This document shows, in pieces, positions 52,397 to 63,384 of a stretch of DNA of 64,000 nucleotides. Made by a program: the position numbers and the translations under genes. The stretch is from Haplodiscus bocki. Its lineage: Eukaryota. The stretch covers positions 16,554,001-16,618,000 of the forward strand of contig OZ296656.1 in assembly GCA_965655095.1 (NCBI GenBank), read 5' to 3'. The notes beneath the pieces are model-generated. The model searched no databases. It had not been told where the DNA came from and worked only from the letters and a program-made list of their open reading frames with translations. Within the stretch, counting starts at the first letter, position 1, and each line of letters opens with the position of its first letter.

Positions 52397-52560
52397 GTTT
52401 GTCAAGAGGTGGGAACGGATGAGTCAAGGAGTAAGGAAGGGTTCATTGGGTACTGCTGGGCCAAAGACATGCCCTCTACTGTGAATGCTGCTAAACTGCT
52501 CGTCAACCTCAATCTACTCGACAAAGTTGTCGAAGTATCATGCAACGCTATTGCCAGCGA
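52397..52560 (+). CDS. IFT172: IFT172 coding exon (not in the ORF track)
   Basis: VCQEVG...GYCWAKDMPSTVNAAKLLVNLNLLDKVVE resembles [24 protein letters not shown]. gtcag acceptor, gtaagt donor, phase 0/2. Confidence 0.9.
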
Positions 52561-53927
52561 GTAAGTCACCATCTTCGGTTCAGCTCAGCCGCTTCACTGC
52601 GGGCGATGAGGAATAACATCTATATCCGTTTTGGGGATAAGATCTGTTCTCTTGCTTTTTATCCTAATATATTGAGTACCAGACTGTTTCCCGTGGAATT
52701 TTAGACTTGGTTCTGTAGATCTTGTTCCAGCGTCCCTTCACTGAGCTGACCAATAGCTTGTGTAATTCAGAATGGAAATGTTTGAGAATCTTTCGATTAT
52801 TCAATGCATGGGAAAGAATAAGCGGTTTTTTAATAGTAGTGAATTCAGATATTTTCCTTTACTCCATTCACCAGTAGTTACGAGAATTTTATGAAATTGA
52901 ACCCCCCTGCACGCGCAAGTGAGTTCTCTTATTGGCTAAAAGATCACTCGCGTGTGAGCGTGATTCAAACCATTACGCCACTGATTTTTTGGGGCATTAA
53001 TTGATGCATTGTGGTTGAACAGGAAAGATCCGTGAATTCTTAATTGCTGACTCATTATGTTTGATTATAATGTATTTTTGTACTTTTCTCAAGGGTCATG
53101 AAGCAGCAGAATATGAAGTGAGTTATCGTGGAGTCATGTCTCGTAGATTGTAGTTTCCCTGGTTTGCTTCTTCACCTCTCAGTACTTGGAGAAAAAACTA
53201 GTCTCACCTGTGAATTTTTGATCATTTGCTGGAAATTCTGTGGGGTGAATACTAAACCACATTGTTTACATGTCGATTCATTTAATGCTTGATGTATGAG
53301 TTACGTTGAACTGAAATTTGAAACTGAAAACTTAACAAAGTAAGTTAATTTTCTGTTTCCAAGGTTGCCCATGACTCTCGATTCTGAAAAGATAAAGTAA
53401 GAATATTTGTGACGAATGATGTGAATTTTAATGCACGAGTGTTCCATTTTTTTGTGCTGATACTGCTCCAAATATGTAACTTGAAGATATTCCTTAACGT
53501 TTGGTAATTTTTCAATGATGACGCCTGAAATTTGAGATTTTATGTCGCAAAGATAAAAATGTCTGAAAATTGTTCAAAAATTGCTGTGAAACTTAGAAAT
53601 AACAAGTTTTTTATGAAAAAAACTGAATTTTGGTGGGAAAACTTTTTTTTGGAAAAATACGTCTATACTAGGCAAATGTGGAGCAATCCTGAATGTTGAG
53701 TGAATGATTTTCCTTCTGTTATGAAATGTCGGCGGAAAATAATGAATTGTGTACGTGGTATATATGCCAAATTTCAATTGGATGGATTTCAAAATCCTAA
53801 AACTCGGAGTTTCTAATAATATTCAATGTGAATTGCTGAATAATGCGTGTTATTTCACTTAGCTTTTTTGCGTGTAGTTAATTCTATCAATCTTCTCATA
53901 TTGTGATTATTGACTCATCATTTTCAG

Positions 53928-54300
53928 GGTTCCTGATTTTGACATGGCCTTTGACCTTTGCTCAGCGGGAGAACGACCTGACCTGACTGCCAGGGTTCAC
54001 CTGTTGAAAGGTCAGTTCTTGGAGGACCAGGGTCAATTCCAAGCTGCAGAACAGGAATTCATAGCTGCTAACAAGCCCAACGAGGCTCTACTTATGTACA
54101 TACATGAAGGAATGCTCGATGCAGCCCAGAAAGTGGCTGATGCTCACTGCACCGTGGAAGAGAAGAACCAGGTGTACACGGCTTTGGGTAATAAGAAGTT
54201 TGATAAAGGGGATTACGACGCGGCTGAGAAATTGTTCCTCAAGAGTGATAATGTGGAACATTTGGTGTCGCTGTATTTGGATATCAATCGATTGGATAAA
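53928..54300 (+). CDS. IFT172: IFT172 coding exon
   Basis: FDMAFDL..VHLLKGQFLEDQGQFQAAEQEFIAANKPNEALLMYIH..AAQKVADAH resembles [34 protein letters not shown]. tttcag acceptor, gtaagt donor, phase 2/0. Confidence 0.95.
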
Positions 54301-57208
54301 GTAAGTCCAACAAGTCACAGAAAAATTCATCCATTTTGGCATGTCAAAATGCTATGCCTGAAAAATGGTTAGGGTCTGGTAAGAATAATACTTTGCTCGA
54401 TTGTCGACTGCTATCATTTTCTGCCTGCTATTTGCACGAAAGTTCTCCACGTAATGATTTGTTCAATGAAATTTGATGAAACTGTTCAGACTCCAAAATT
54501 TCAGGACCATGACGAAGGGCGCCCAAGAATACGAACGAGATTTTTTGGAAGAGCAAATGGGATAAAATCACACCACCTTTACATATCCGCAAATTTTCCC
54601 ACGCTGCGTTTAACGTAACCCCTCACCGTCGTTTAAAAAAACTTCTGGACCTGGGGGCCAAAATTTCGCGATACCGCTTTTCACATAAACCAAAAAATTG
54701 AAGATACTTGGCCAACATTGTTCTAAAATCAAAGGTTTTGTATCAATAGATTTGCCTGAGAGGCGTTGCCGGCTAGTACTGTGCTGCGAAAGGATATAAT
54801 TCTTGGAGCGTTTCTAACTTGTAAATCTTACGAGCTAGTCTTTCCGACTTGCTCTGAGTGGAATCCTGGATCAGGCATGATGCTCCTGAATTTTTGAAAT
54901 CGACTCTCTATGTTTTCATTTTGGAATTGAGTCTGTTTCAAACCGAGGATAGACGCTATTTGGTTGTGGAGAGAGTGAAACACAAACGGTGAAAAAAAGC
55001 TTTCTCTCCGATTTTCTTCTATAGATTACCTTTAAAAACGAGCGAAATTTCACACAAACGTAGAGTTGAAATCCGCATCCTTTTCTCTTGCAGTGCTCAA
55101 GCTAGCTTCAGGTCAATGAAAGTTGGAGGTGCTAAAATTGTGCCTTTTTTGATCAACAAAGCCGGCGTGAAAGTTGAGAACTTTGCAAATAGAAAAGTTT
55201 TGAGACTCAAGGGCTCCTTTACCTCAGAAAAAAGTCTTCGCGAAATATTCAATTTAAAATCAAGTTCGGTAGAATATATCGTGCGCAGATATTTTTTGGA
55301 AAGAAATCAAGACTGGGACAAACTTTGAAAAATGCAATTTCTTCCATAAACTTTCATTAAAAACTAGTGGAATGTTGCCGTTTCAATATACCAAATCCTT
55401 TTGTTTTGCTTGAGCTAAATTCACGAGGGAACTTTTAAGTGTTAATATAATGCCTTGTAGAAAACGGAGAGAGAGAGAATTGAGAAGTCTGTACGTTTCC
55501 AAAAAAGGATTGTAATGGAAAATTCCTGGATCAGACTTGTTGCTCCCAAAAGCTCAAAACGGAGTTTTCAAACGTGTTCAGCTTCAAATCGAGTCCATTT
55601 AAACCTGAAGAGAGATGCTACATATTTGTGAAGAAAGCAAAACGGAAAATTTTCGAAAAACTCAATTTTCTCCAAACTACCCTTAAAAAGAAATCATTAT
55701 AGACTCAAATTTTCTGCTTGCATGTTGTTCGAGACATAAAGGTCGAAGAAAATCTCAGATTTTGGATAAAACGTTCTAAAGACGTTTAAGTTTTTTGATT
55801 AAAAGTTGATAATTTATTTGTCAAGGAAAATGAATGAAAAGACTTTTGGATGTTGTCTGATGATTCGCAAATCGAACAATTGGGTCCTTCTCTTTTGTTT
55901 TGGAACAGACTCGAGTTAGTTGAAAACAGAGCTGACATGATAGGAAATTACATAGACTAAAAAGGTCCGAAAGGGTTTCCTTTAGGGTCATTTTTCTCAA
56001 TAACTCTCTGGCAAAAACAAATGCAACTGTTAAGCACTCAAAAATGAAAATAATTGTACATTATACATTTTACAAAATTTTTTCGGTCAGTGCCAGTTTT
56101 TAGGACAGTTTCGAAAAATTTTGAACCTCCAAAACACGGATAAATGCAGAGCAGTATAGATGTATGCATTGCACTTCTGTGTATTAGCTAACTTGTTCCT
56201 TTTCCCCGCGCACATTGCCAAATGTTTTTTCAAATTCAATTTAAAGTGAATAACGAAAACCTTTCCAAAGTTTTTTTAAACATATATGAAGAAATATTTT
56301 GAAGATGTATGAAGAAATAATAATACTACCAAAAATAATCTTTTACGAAGAATATTACTTTTTAAAAATGGAAAATTACCCGTGTGGGAGAGGGGGAACG
56401 GAATATGAGCCATGGGACCACTGGGACGCTACGTTATTGTCCACGCCATGTACAGTGAACCAAACCAATCCACCTATGAAATTTGTAAGTCTAAGAATAA
56501 GGAATGGTAGAATCGCGGAGAAAAAATGGAAACTACTGTTTTGATAATCTTGTTGTATAAAGTATAGTCGCAAAATAAATTTGATTTCCAAAATGGCGGG
56601 GGATTGGTCTGTCATGGGGTTTGAACCCTCTATATCAAAGTTTAAATATTGAAATAATCAGGAAAGCTTCAGAAAAATACAGAACTTTCTCAGAGTTTTG
56701 TATTTCGGTTTTGAAAATTTTCGATGCTTTCTGAACTTCACGTGTATGTATACACTCAAAACAAGTTAATCACTCATCCTCAAATTCTGCCATTTTCGTG
56801 CGTTAAAGCAATTTGTGATATGAACGACATGTGAAGAAAAGGTCACAAAAACAACGTTTTGAGCAAAAACACTCAATTTTTAGATAGACAGCTTCAAAAA
56901 TATAAGACTGGCCTCTGTTTTGTTGCCTGAGCTTTTTAATTCTAACCACGAAAGCAAATTCAGGATCTTGGAATGAAGGACTCACTATTTCAACGCATTT
57001 TGTCAGGATTATCGCAGATGAGAAAAACAATAATTGGTCTAGAGTGTTATGCAGTTTGTGTGATAAATAAAGGCGTGGTTAAACGATTTGTTTCATTCCA
57101 TAAAAAAGACGGGACCTGACAAATGAGTGTTATTAAGCAGTTTTTCCTGATAAACGTTGTGTGATAACCTAATTCCTAATGCATGTAACTGAACATGCTT
57201 ATTTTCAG

Positions 57209-57514
57209 GTGCATGATTTGGCTGACAGAGGATACCTTACTCCCGAACAGCTGCACAATCTGTCTTCTATGCGCAGAAGCGATCCAATGGGGGCCTCGGG
57301 TGGAGCAGCCGGGGGCTCCTCTGCAGGCTATGGAGGTGCGTCGTCCATTAGTGGGGCCAGCAAGATCGTAGAAGCGAACAGATTAGCCTCCAACATAAAC
57401 AACCCTGCTGATCTACGCGAAGCTCTCAAACTGCTCTTCTCCATCACTTCTTATGACGTCACTGCTTCATCTACGTCATCGGTGGAGGAACAGTTGCTTC
57501 ATTATAACCAACAG
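57209..57514 (+). CDS. IFT172: IFT172 coding exon (divergent, G/S/A-rich insertion)
   Basis: Open 102-codon exon VHDLADRGYL...HYNQQ. tttcag acceptor, gtaaat donor, phase 0/0, in frame with its neighbours. Confidence 0.82.
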
Positions 57515-58079
57515 GTAAATTGTCAATTACAACTATTATCATTAGAAGGCGCATTCGGAAAAAGTGCCCGGCTATCATTATTTTGGCGTCTCCAGTGAAA
57601 TACGATTCCAGTTTTTGAACTAAGATGGGTCAGCGGATTTGTTCCTGGTCCTAAACTTGCAATTTCTGCGATGTTATTCAGCGCCTTGCAAGCACTCAAA
57701 AACGATATTTTCGAGACATTTGGAAGGTTTTCAATATTATGGCGTTCTATGCCTGGCTGTAAAAACACGTGATCTAAAAAGCAACATGATTGACATTCTA
57801 AATTTGTGAGACAATGTGGAAGGTAACTGTTCATTTTTGGTGTTCTAAAGTGTGCGAATTCCGTAAACATGTAAAATAGTGTTGCTGAAAAGGAAACGAT
57901 TGACATGTCCGTTAAACTAACTGGGTCATAAAAATGTCGCTGGTTGTGTATGATTACAAATGTCTCAGGATCTTGATTTTTTTTGTGTTTCTTTCATTCC
58001 TTTTCGGTAAACATCTTCAGAAATTGAAAAGGTTCCGTTTGGCATATGTACTATATTTTTTGTGCGTTTTTCATTGCAG

Positions 58080-58256
58080 GCAATGAAGTTGATAGAGACG
58101 TTGTGCATCCAGAACGGAGGCAGATTTGTGGAGAACTTGTCTCTGAAGGAAGGACCCACTAAAGACGCCAATGGACAGACTTACGAGATGAGACTGTCTG
58201 AAACTGTATCAACTGTACTCGCCACACAAACCAAGTTAAACGGAGACTGGAAAAAG
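58080..58256 (+). CDS. IFT172: IFT172 coding exon (divergent)
   Basis: AMKLIETLC...KLNGDWKK. ttgcag acceptor, gttacc donor, phase 0/0. Confidence 0.8.
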
Positions 58257-59106
58257 GTTACCAGCTCTTACCATCTACCCCTTGTAATTCTCTAGTCATT
58301 CCGCCAGAGACGGTTGGGAATCAAATTGGTTCCAATATCTCCACTGGACCAAAATCAGCATTTGTCTAAGTTGTTTACGGATTAACTTGTTTGTTCAAAT
58401 ATTCAATTATTTTGTAGGCAGAGGATAATGAATACTAGCTTTATCTTTTTTCCGCAGTTCCCAAACTATAGAATAATTCATACTTAACTTCAACTTTTGC
58501 AGCTCATGGGAGAAGTTTGAAATAATGAAATTTATTCTTGTACAATTATTGGCTTCAGTGATTTTCAGTCTTTTAGTTCAAATTGATGAAATATTTCGCT
58601 GATTAGAGTTTCAAAATTCAATGCAATGTTTTTCTTAAAATAATCTTTGGTCTAATTTTTGTGTTGTCGAGAAGCTGTTTCCGAAGCATTGAAAAGGATA
58701 GATTGAATTTTAAAACAAAATGTTTGCGTTGTTGGACACCAATAACGAAACAACATTATGAAGCAATAAGTTTTTTCACAGGAGTACAGAAGCAAAAGAC
58801 GTCACTATTTGAGTACATTACTGAGCATGAAAATACAGAGCTGATTTCAATTGAGTGAACTCCTGAGCAAATAATAAAGTACTTTTGGCGCCCAATTTCC
58901 CAGAGCATATCAATTTTACGAGAATCACCAGAGCAAAAGTTTGTTGGATTTTTCATAAGTTTTCATGGGTGTTTATGTAACAAAATTGGATCCCTCCTTA
59001 CACTTGCGCAGCAAGTGCTTTTATGTCACAGGGCTCTGAATTTTTTCTGATCCCTTCACAACTCTCACAAACTCCTAGATTTTGACCAAAAAGAGGAAAA
59101 TGTCTT

Positions 59107-59168
59107 AGGCTCGAACCTGGGACCTTTCACGCTGCAGGTGCATGCTCTACTAACTATGCCATTGCAGC
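59107..59168 (-). mobile_element. tRNA-derived SINE head / tRNA-like pseudogene
   Basis: The minus strand reads gctgcaaTGGCATAGTTAGtagagcatgcacctgcagcgtgaaaggtcccaGGTTCGAGCCt, with Pol III A and B boxes at tRNA spacing. It has no proper acceptor stem and no U33. Confidence 0.7.
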
Positions 59169-59366
59169 TCAGTATTTTTATCTAAAATATGAAGCGAATG
59201 AAATATTATAGCGTTTCTTCCTTGGAATTAACTGAGTTTCTGTACACATGTTATCACTCATGTTTTTAGTAGTATCGTCGCCCCTTCAAAAATCAATTAT
59301 ATTTAGTCGATTTGTTCACTATTTTTCCTTTGGCACAAGTGTTGAGAAGCACAGTTTCACCTCTGT

Positions 59367-59970
59367 GTTAAAAAGTTATGATAACCCCGATTTTGGGTAC
59401 TTTTGGCCAAATTTGAGGTTTTACTCGAAAATCTGATGAACTACAAAAGATACAGAAAATCATTCAGACATTTGTTTAGCTTTGAATCAGGCCTCAGACG
59501 TGGTTTTTCCGATTTTTTGATGAATCGTTCTCTGAAAAGTTCACGCCTATAGAGGGAAGTGAAATGGCTATACCCTATCTTATTACTAAATCGCATTTTC
59601 ACCACCTTAAAACCTTTAATTTCTAAAACGGTAATACATTTCAACAGAAGTTCAGTACCATATCTTCGGGGGAATTGATGCACGACCTATTCAACGGTCA
59701 CAATTGAGAACACAATTTGATTTAACCGCTGAAAAAATGGAATTTTTTTTCAAAAATGGTGAAGAATTTCCAAAGATTAGGTTCGCAAACTCTTTGAATA
59801 ATTGGTGCGAGTTTTAGTCGAATACTTTTATCAATCTTTGTAATTTTTATCAAAGTTCTAAGAAAATTTTAATCTTACAGTTTTCCTCGAAATCTTTTAG
59901 TTTTTTGAGATTTTGGGCTTGAAAAACGCTAATTTTGCTGAAGAGTTCACTTAATTAAAATCAGTACTGT
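59367..59970. repeat. Dispersed ~590-bp repeat, copy 2
   Basis: Homologous to 42855-43442, same orientation. Confidence 0.8.
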
Positions 59971-60027
59971 ACAAGTATGAGAAAAGGAAAGAAATTTTTT
60001 TAAGATGTCAATTTATAATTGTTGTAG

Positions 60028-60264
60028 GGAGTGTCGTTGTGTCTTAATCTATACAACGCCCTCACCAAAGTGAACTATCTCTCTGAAGGCGACAAGTACG
60101 TGGAGTATGCAGTGAAGTTTGCATGTGTGCATCAGCAGTACACGGCCGCTGCCAAGATAGTGAACCATGCTTACGAGGAGGACCACTCCATTGCACAGGA
60201 CCTACTGGCCTTCATCAAACAACAGGCAGTCGCTGCCAGTCGTCAAGAGGGAGACATGGAAGGG
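60028..60264 (+). CDS. IFT172: IFT172 coding exon (last visible in window)
   Basis: GVSLCLNL...QQYTAAAKIV...SRQEGDMEG is positionally equivalent to ELYLNL..EWNKAKRVA..KNQGKVDS. tgtag acceptor, gttagt donor, phase 0/0. Confidence 0.82.
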
Positions 60265-61282
60265 GTTAGTCAACTAACTCCATTATCGGTACTAGCAAAC
60301 CCTTCTTCTACCAGATCGGCTCATTAAATTATCATTCTGTCCAAGGACATTTTTTGTCCAAGGAAGTTTTTTTGGCTTCAGAGTCACTGTTATCACTGAA
60401 TGAATGCGTGAATAAAGCAGACGACTTGATGAACTCACTCGCTTTCTTCATTTGGCATGATCATGATGACGCCAGTCATAACTGAAGCAGAATCACAGAG
60501 TTTTGTTTACTCATTTTTTATTGGCTCGTTATTTTCACTTGCTGACTTCGTTCTTTCGGCAATGACGTCAGAAAAACTTAGACAGTATTGAACAGCCGAG
60601 ATACGGTTCACTGGCTTCATTTTCTGAAGGATTAATCGATCGCTTAAAGCCCGTTGCTCTCACTTCTTTTCGAAATTCTCTGAAACAGCCATAACAGCGA
60701 GTAGGGCCACCAGAGCGACGATGTTTACTATTTGGCCCCTCCTGGATGTGGTATCCTTCTTTCCGCTTGATTTCCCTCAATAATTCCACGTCTGTATTCA
60801 CTTTTTTTCGTTTTCTTTAGGTGGTTGCGAAGAAGTTTCGGAAATTTTGTCAATTTTCGCATGACATTCTCAGCTTTTTTCACGTTTATCAGTCAGTTTA
60901 CGTGACGTGAAATTGCATTCTTTTTGGACTGCTGGTTTCATAGTGCTTGATACCTAGTTGGTGCTCAAGTTTATTACAAGCATTCAATTTCAAGCATACC
61001 ATACGCACATGAAAGCATGCTCAAATTATTATTTTTTCGTTCTATTCGATGATCTAGAATTCAGATTCTCACGCCCTGTGACTCGTGTGGTCCAAGGGCT
61101 TGAAGTGTGGGAAACCACAATTTGTTCATTCTAAATCAGAAATTTGAAGTTATGATCTGTATCAGATCACGAAAGAACAAGGCACCCGGGTACCAGCTGG
61201 ATATCTTCCGCCCTCCAATTTTGTTGAAATCGCGTTTTGAGTAAAAAATACCCTTCTATTTGCGTTCTATATCACATTTGCT

Positions 61283-63384
61283 CAGAGATGAAACTGGGTC
61301 ACTTTTGTTGACCCTGGACCCATGTGACCCAAATGAACCCTGACCCTGGACCCAGTAAGTTGACCCACCCCACCCCTACCCCCATCCCCACCTTCACCCC
61401 CATCCCCACCTTCACCCCCATCCCCATAATTTGAGTGCAGCACTTGTTGGTAAGTTACTTGAGAAAAGTCAAAACTCAGGAAACTTGATTCAAAGTAAAC
61501 TGTTTTTGTAGCTCTCCAAATTGATTGACACAGCCTCAACTACATCAGGACATAATCTATTACGTATTGGAGTGATTATATGACGAGCATTGAAAGCACT
61601 ATAATGCCGCTCTGACTCGGTCAAAGAGGCCTGCATAACAAAAATTGTTGCAGCAATGTGAGCTAAAATAGACATTTTCTTGCGTTGACTGCACCAAAAA
61701 GTTAATGGATTGCTCTCGTTTTCAAAGGAGTTCACGGCATTATATAGAGTGTATTCTTGCAGCAGCTCTGTTTCCGTGACATCACATTTAGAGTTGACTC
61801 CGGCTGGGTTTGGATCAGATGTACACCAATCAAAAGGATCACTTCCTCTTTCCTGTTTTTTTTTCGCAGTAGATGCACTTTTCAAGTTGGAATCAATTGA
61901 ATCGAAAATTGAAGTAGGTAAACCTTTGAAGTAAGTTAAGAGAGACGACTGAATTTGATCCAAAAATGTGGCTCGATCAGGTAGACTTTTGACAAATTTG
62001 AAACTTTTGAACCTCGGAGTCATATAAGTCGCCAAGAAGTGAATCATTGTAATGCTTTGCCAAAGCTTATTCAGATTAGAAAGAAATTTTTCTTTGCACA
62101 AGGATAAAACTTCATTGTCCTCTGGCTTCGGCTGGAATTGCTCATAAAGTGTATAATATGAAGGCAGGACAAATTGTAATGTTGGAGCATTAGCTCCTTC
62201 AAGCTTGTCAAACAATTTGGTTGCAGGTATCAAGAAGGCAGCAATTTGATTGACAAGGTCTATATCAATTCGGGTAATATAGCTCAATTTCTGCCTTCCA
62301 CGCAGAATCTCTCAATTTCTCGTAACAATGACCCAGCGACTCGTAAGTTGCAGCTAAACTTCTCCAAGGCCGAGTAAGAGCACCTCCCTTGAGCGTTGTT
62401 GGTAGCCGGGCTTGGATACCGGCAGCTTGATGTACATATCTGACTTGTTCTTTGGTAAATTTGTCCAAATCATTCAGGTCAGAATTACACTGTTGGATTT
62501 CGGACCAAGCGGATTCGATAACTGTGTTCAGCCGATGGCAGGCGCAGTCGATTCGTGCTGCAAAGTTCAGCGCGCAAACAACATTGGCACCTTTATCTGT
62601 TGTACACGGTGTTTCATCTTCCAGCGTTAATTCACGTAAAGCTTCTTTGATAAGGCAGGAAATATTGGCAGCTGTATGTCTCTCTGGAAAATGCTTACAT
62701 GAAAAAGACGAATGGCTTAAATTCCAAACAGGTTTGTCTGTATCAATCCAGAATAGAGTCAAATCCAGGTAAGAATTCTTGTTCACATCGGTTGTCGTAT
62801 CAGTTGTGTAAGAGATCACGCTTCTAGCCTTCAAACGAGAGCATATTGAAATAAGTTTGTCTTCGCATGCTCTCATGCGAAGTAAAGAATGCTCACGTAT
62901 CGTTACACGCCCATAAAAAACATCAGAAGCTTGAATTTTGCCGTACTTAGCTCCAATTTGAATGGTGTGCGAAATTGTATCATGAAATCACTGATTTTCT
63001 AGGAAACTGAACGATGTCCCACCACAAACTACCATTTTCAGCAAGTTTTCTTTCATGAAGTCTTTGTCGTTGTATTTTGATGTTTCCCTGTTTACTTTTG
63101 AAATAATTGGTAATTGATGGGCATGAAGGAGTTCTGCAATTTTTCAGGTGATCTGAGAGATTTTTTGTTCTGTAGAAATTAGTATCATCTCCATTTTTAG
63201 CTTTGTACAGAATGGAAGTAAAACAGCTTTTAAAAACAGCTCACCCGAAAAGAATTTTGCCATCTTTCTTTGCCTCGCTGAAATACTTCCAACATTCCGA
63301 AACCCCATTTGTCTTTGGGAATAATTGAATAGTTCCCTCACTAATGCCTTTTCTTATTTCCTCAGCTGTAAATTGGGAGTTCGT
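61283..63384 (-). mobile_element. Decayed hAT-superfamily DNA transposon (BED finger + DDE + hATC dimerisation domain)
   Basis: BED remnant SECWKYF..G*AVFKSC..TKNLSDHLKNC (63130-63300); TTDTTTD, TTDKGANV and CACH (62265-62876); PLTFW..LAHIA..IF..QAS..SERHYS (61490-62287). Frameshift near 62275. Candidate TIR CAGAGATG at 61283 with GACCC subterminal repeats. Confidence 0.93.
61364..61426. repeat. C-rich 18-bp tandem repeat (ccccatccccaccttcac) x~3
   Basis: Directly visible, inside the hAT subterminal region. Confidence 0.9.

Noticed and set aside
59107-59168. Functional tRNA gene
   Set aside because: A and B boxes are present, but there is no acceptor-stem pairing and the anticodon loop is non-canonical; better explained as a SINE head.
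61282-61539. Gly-rich GDGGEGG ORF
   Set aside because: Translation of the C-rich 18-bp repeat in the hAT subterminal region.
61490-63384. Domesticated ZBED-like gene
   Set aside because: In-frame stop and a lost Cys in the BED finger, plus frameshifts; a TIR-like end is retained.
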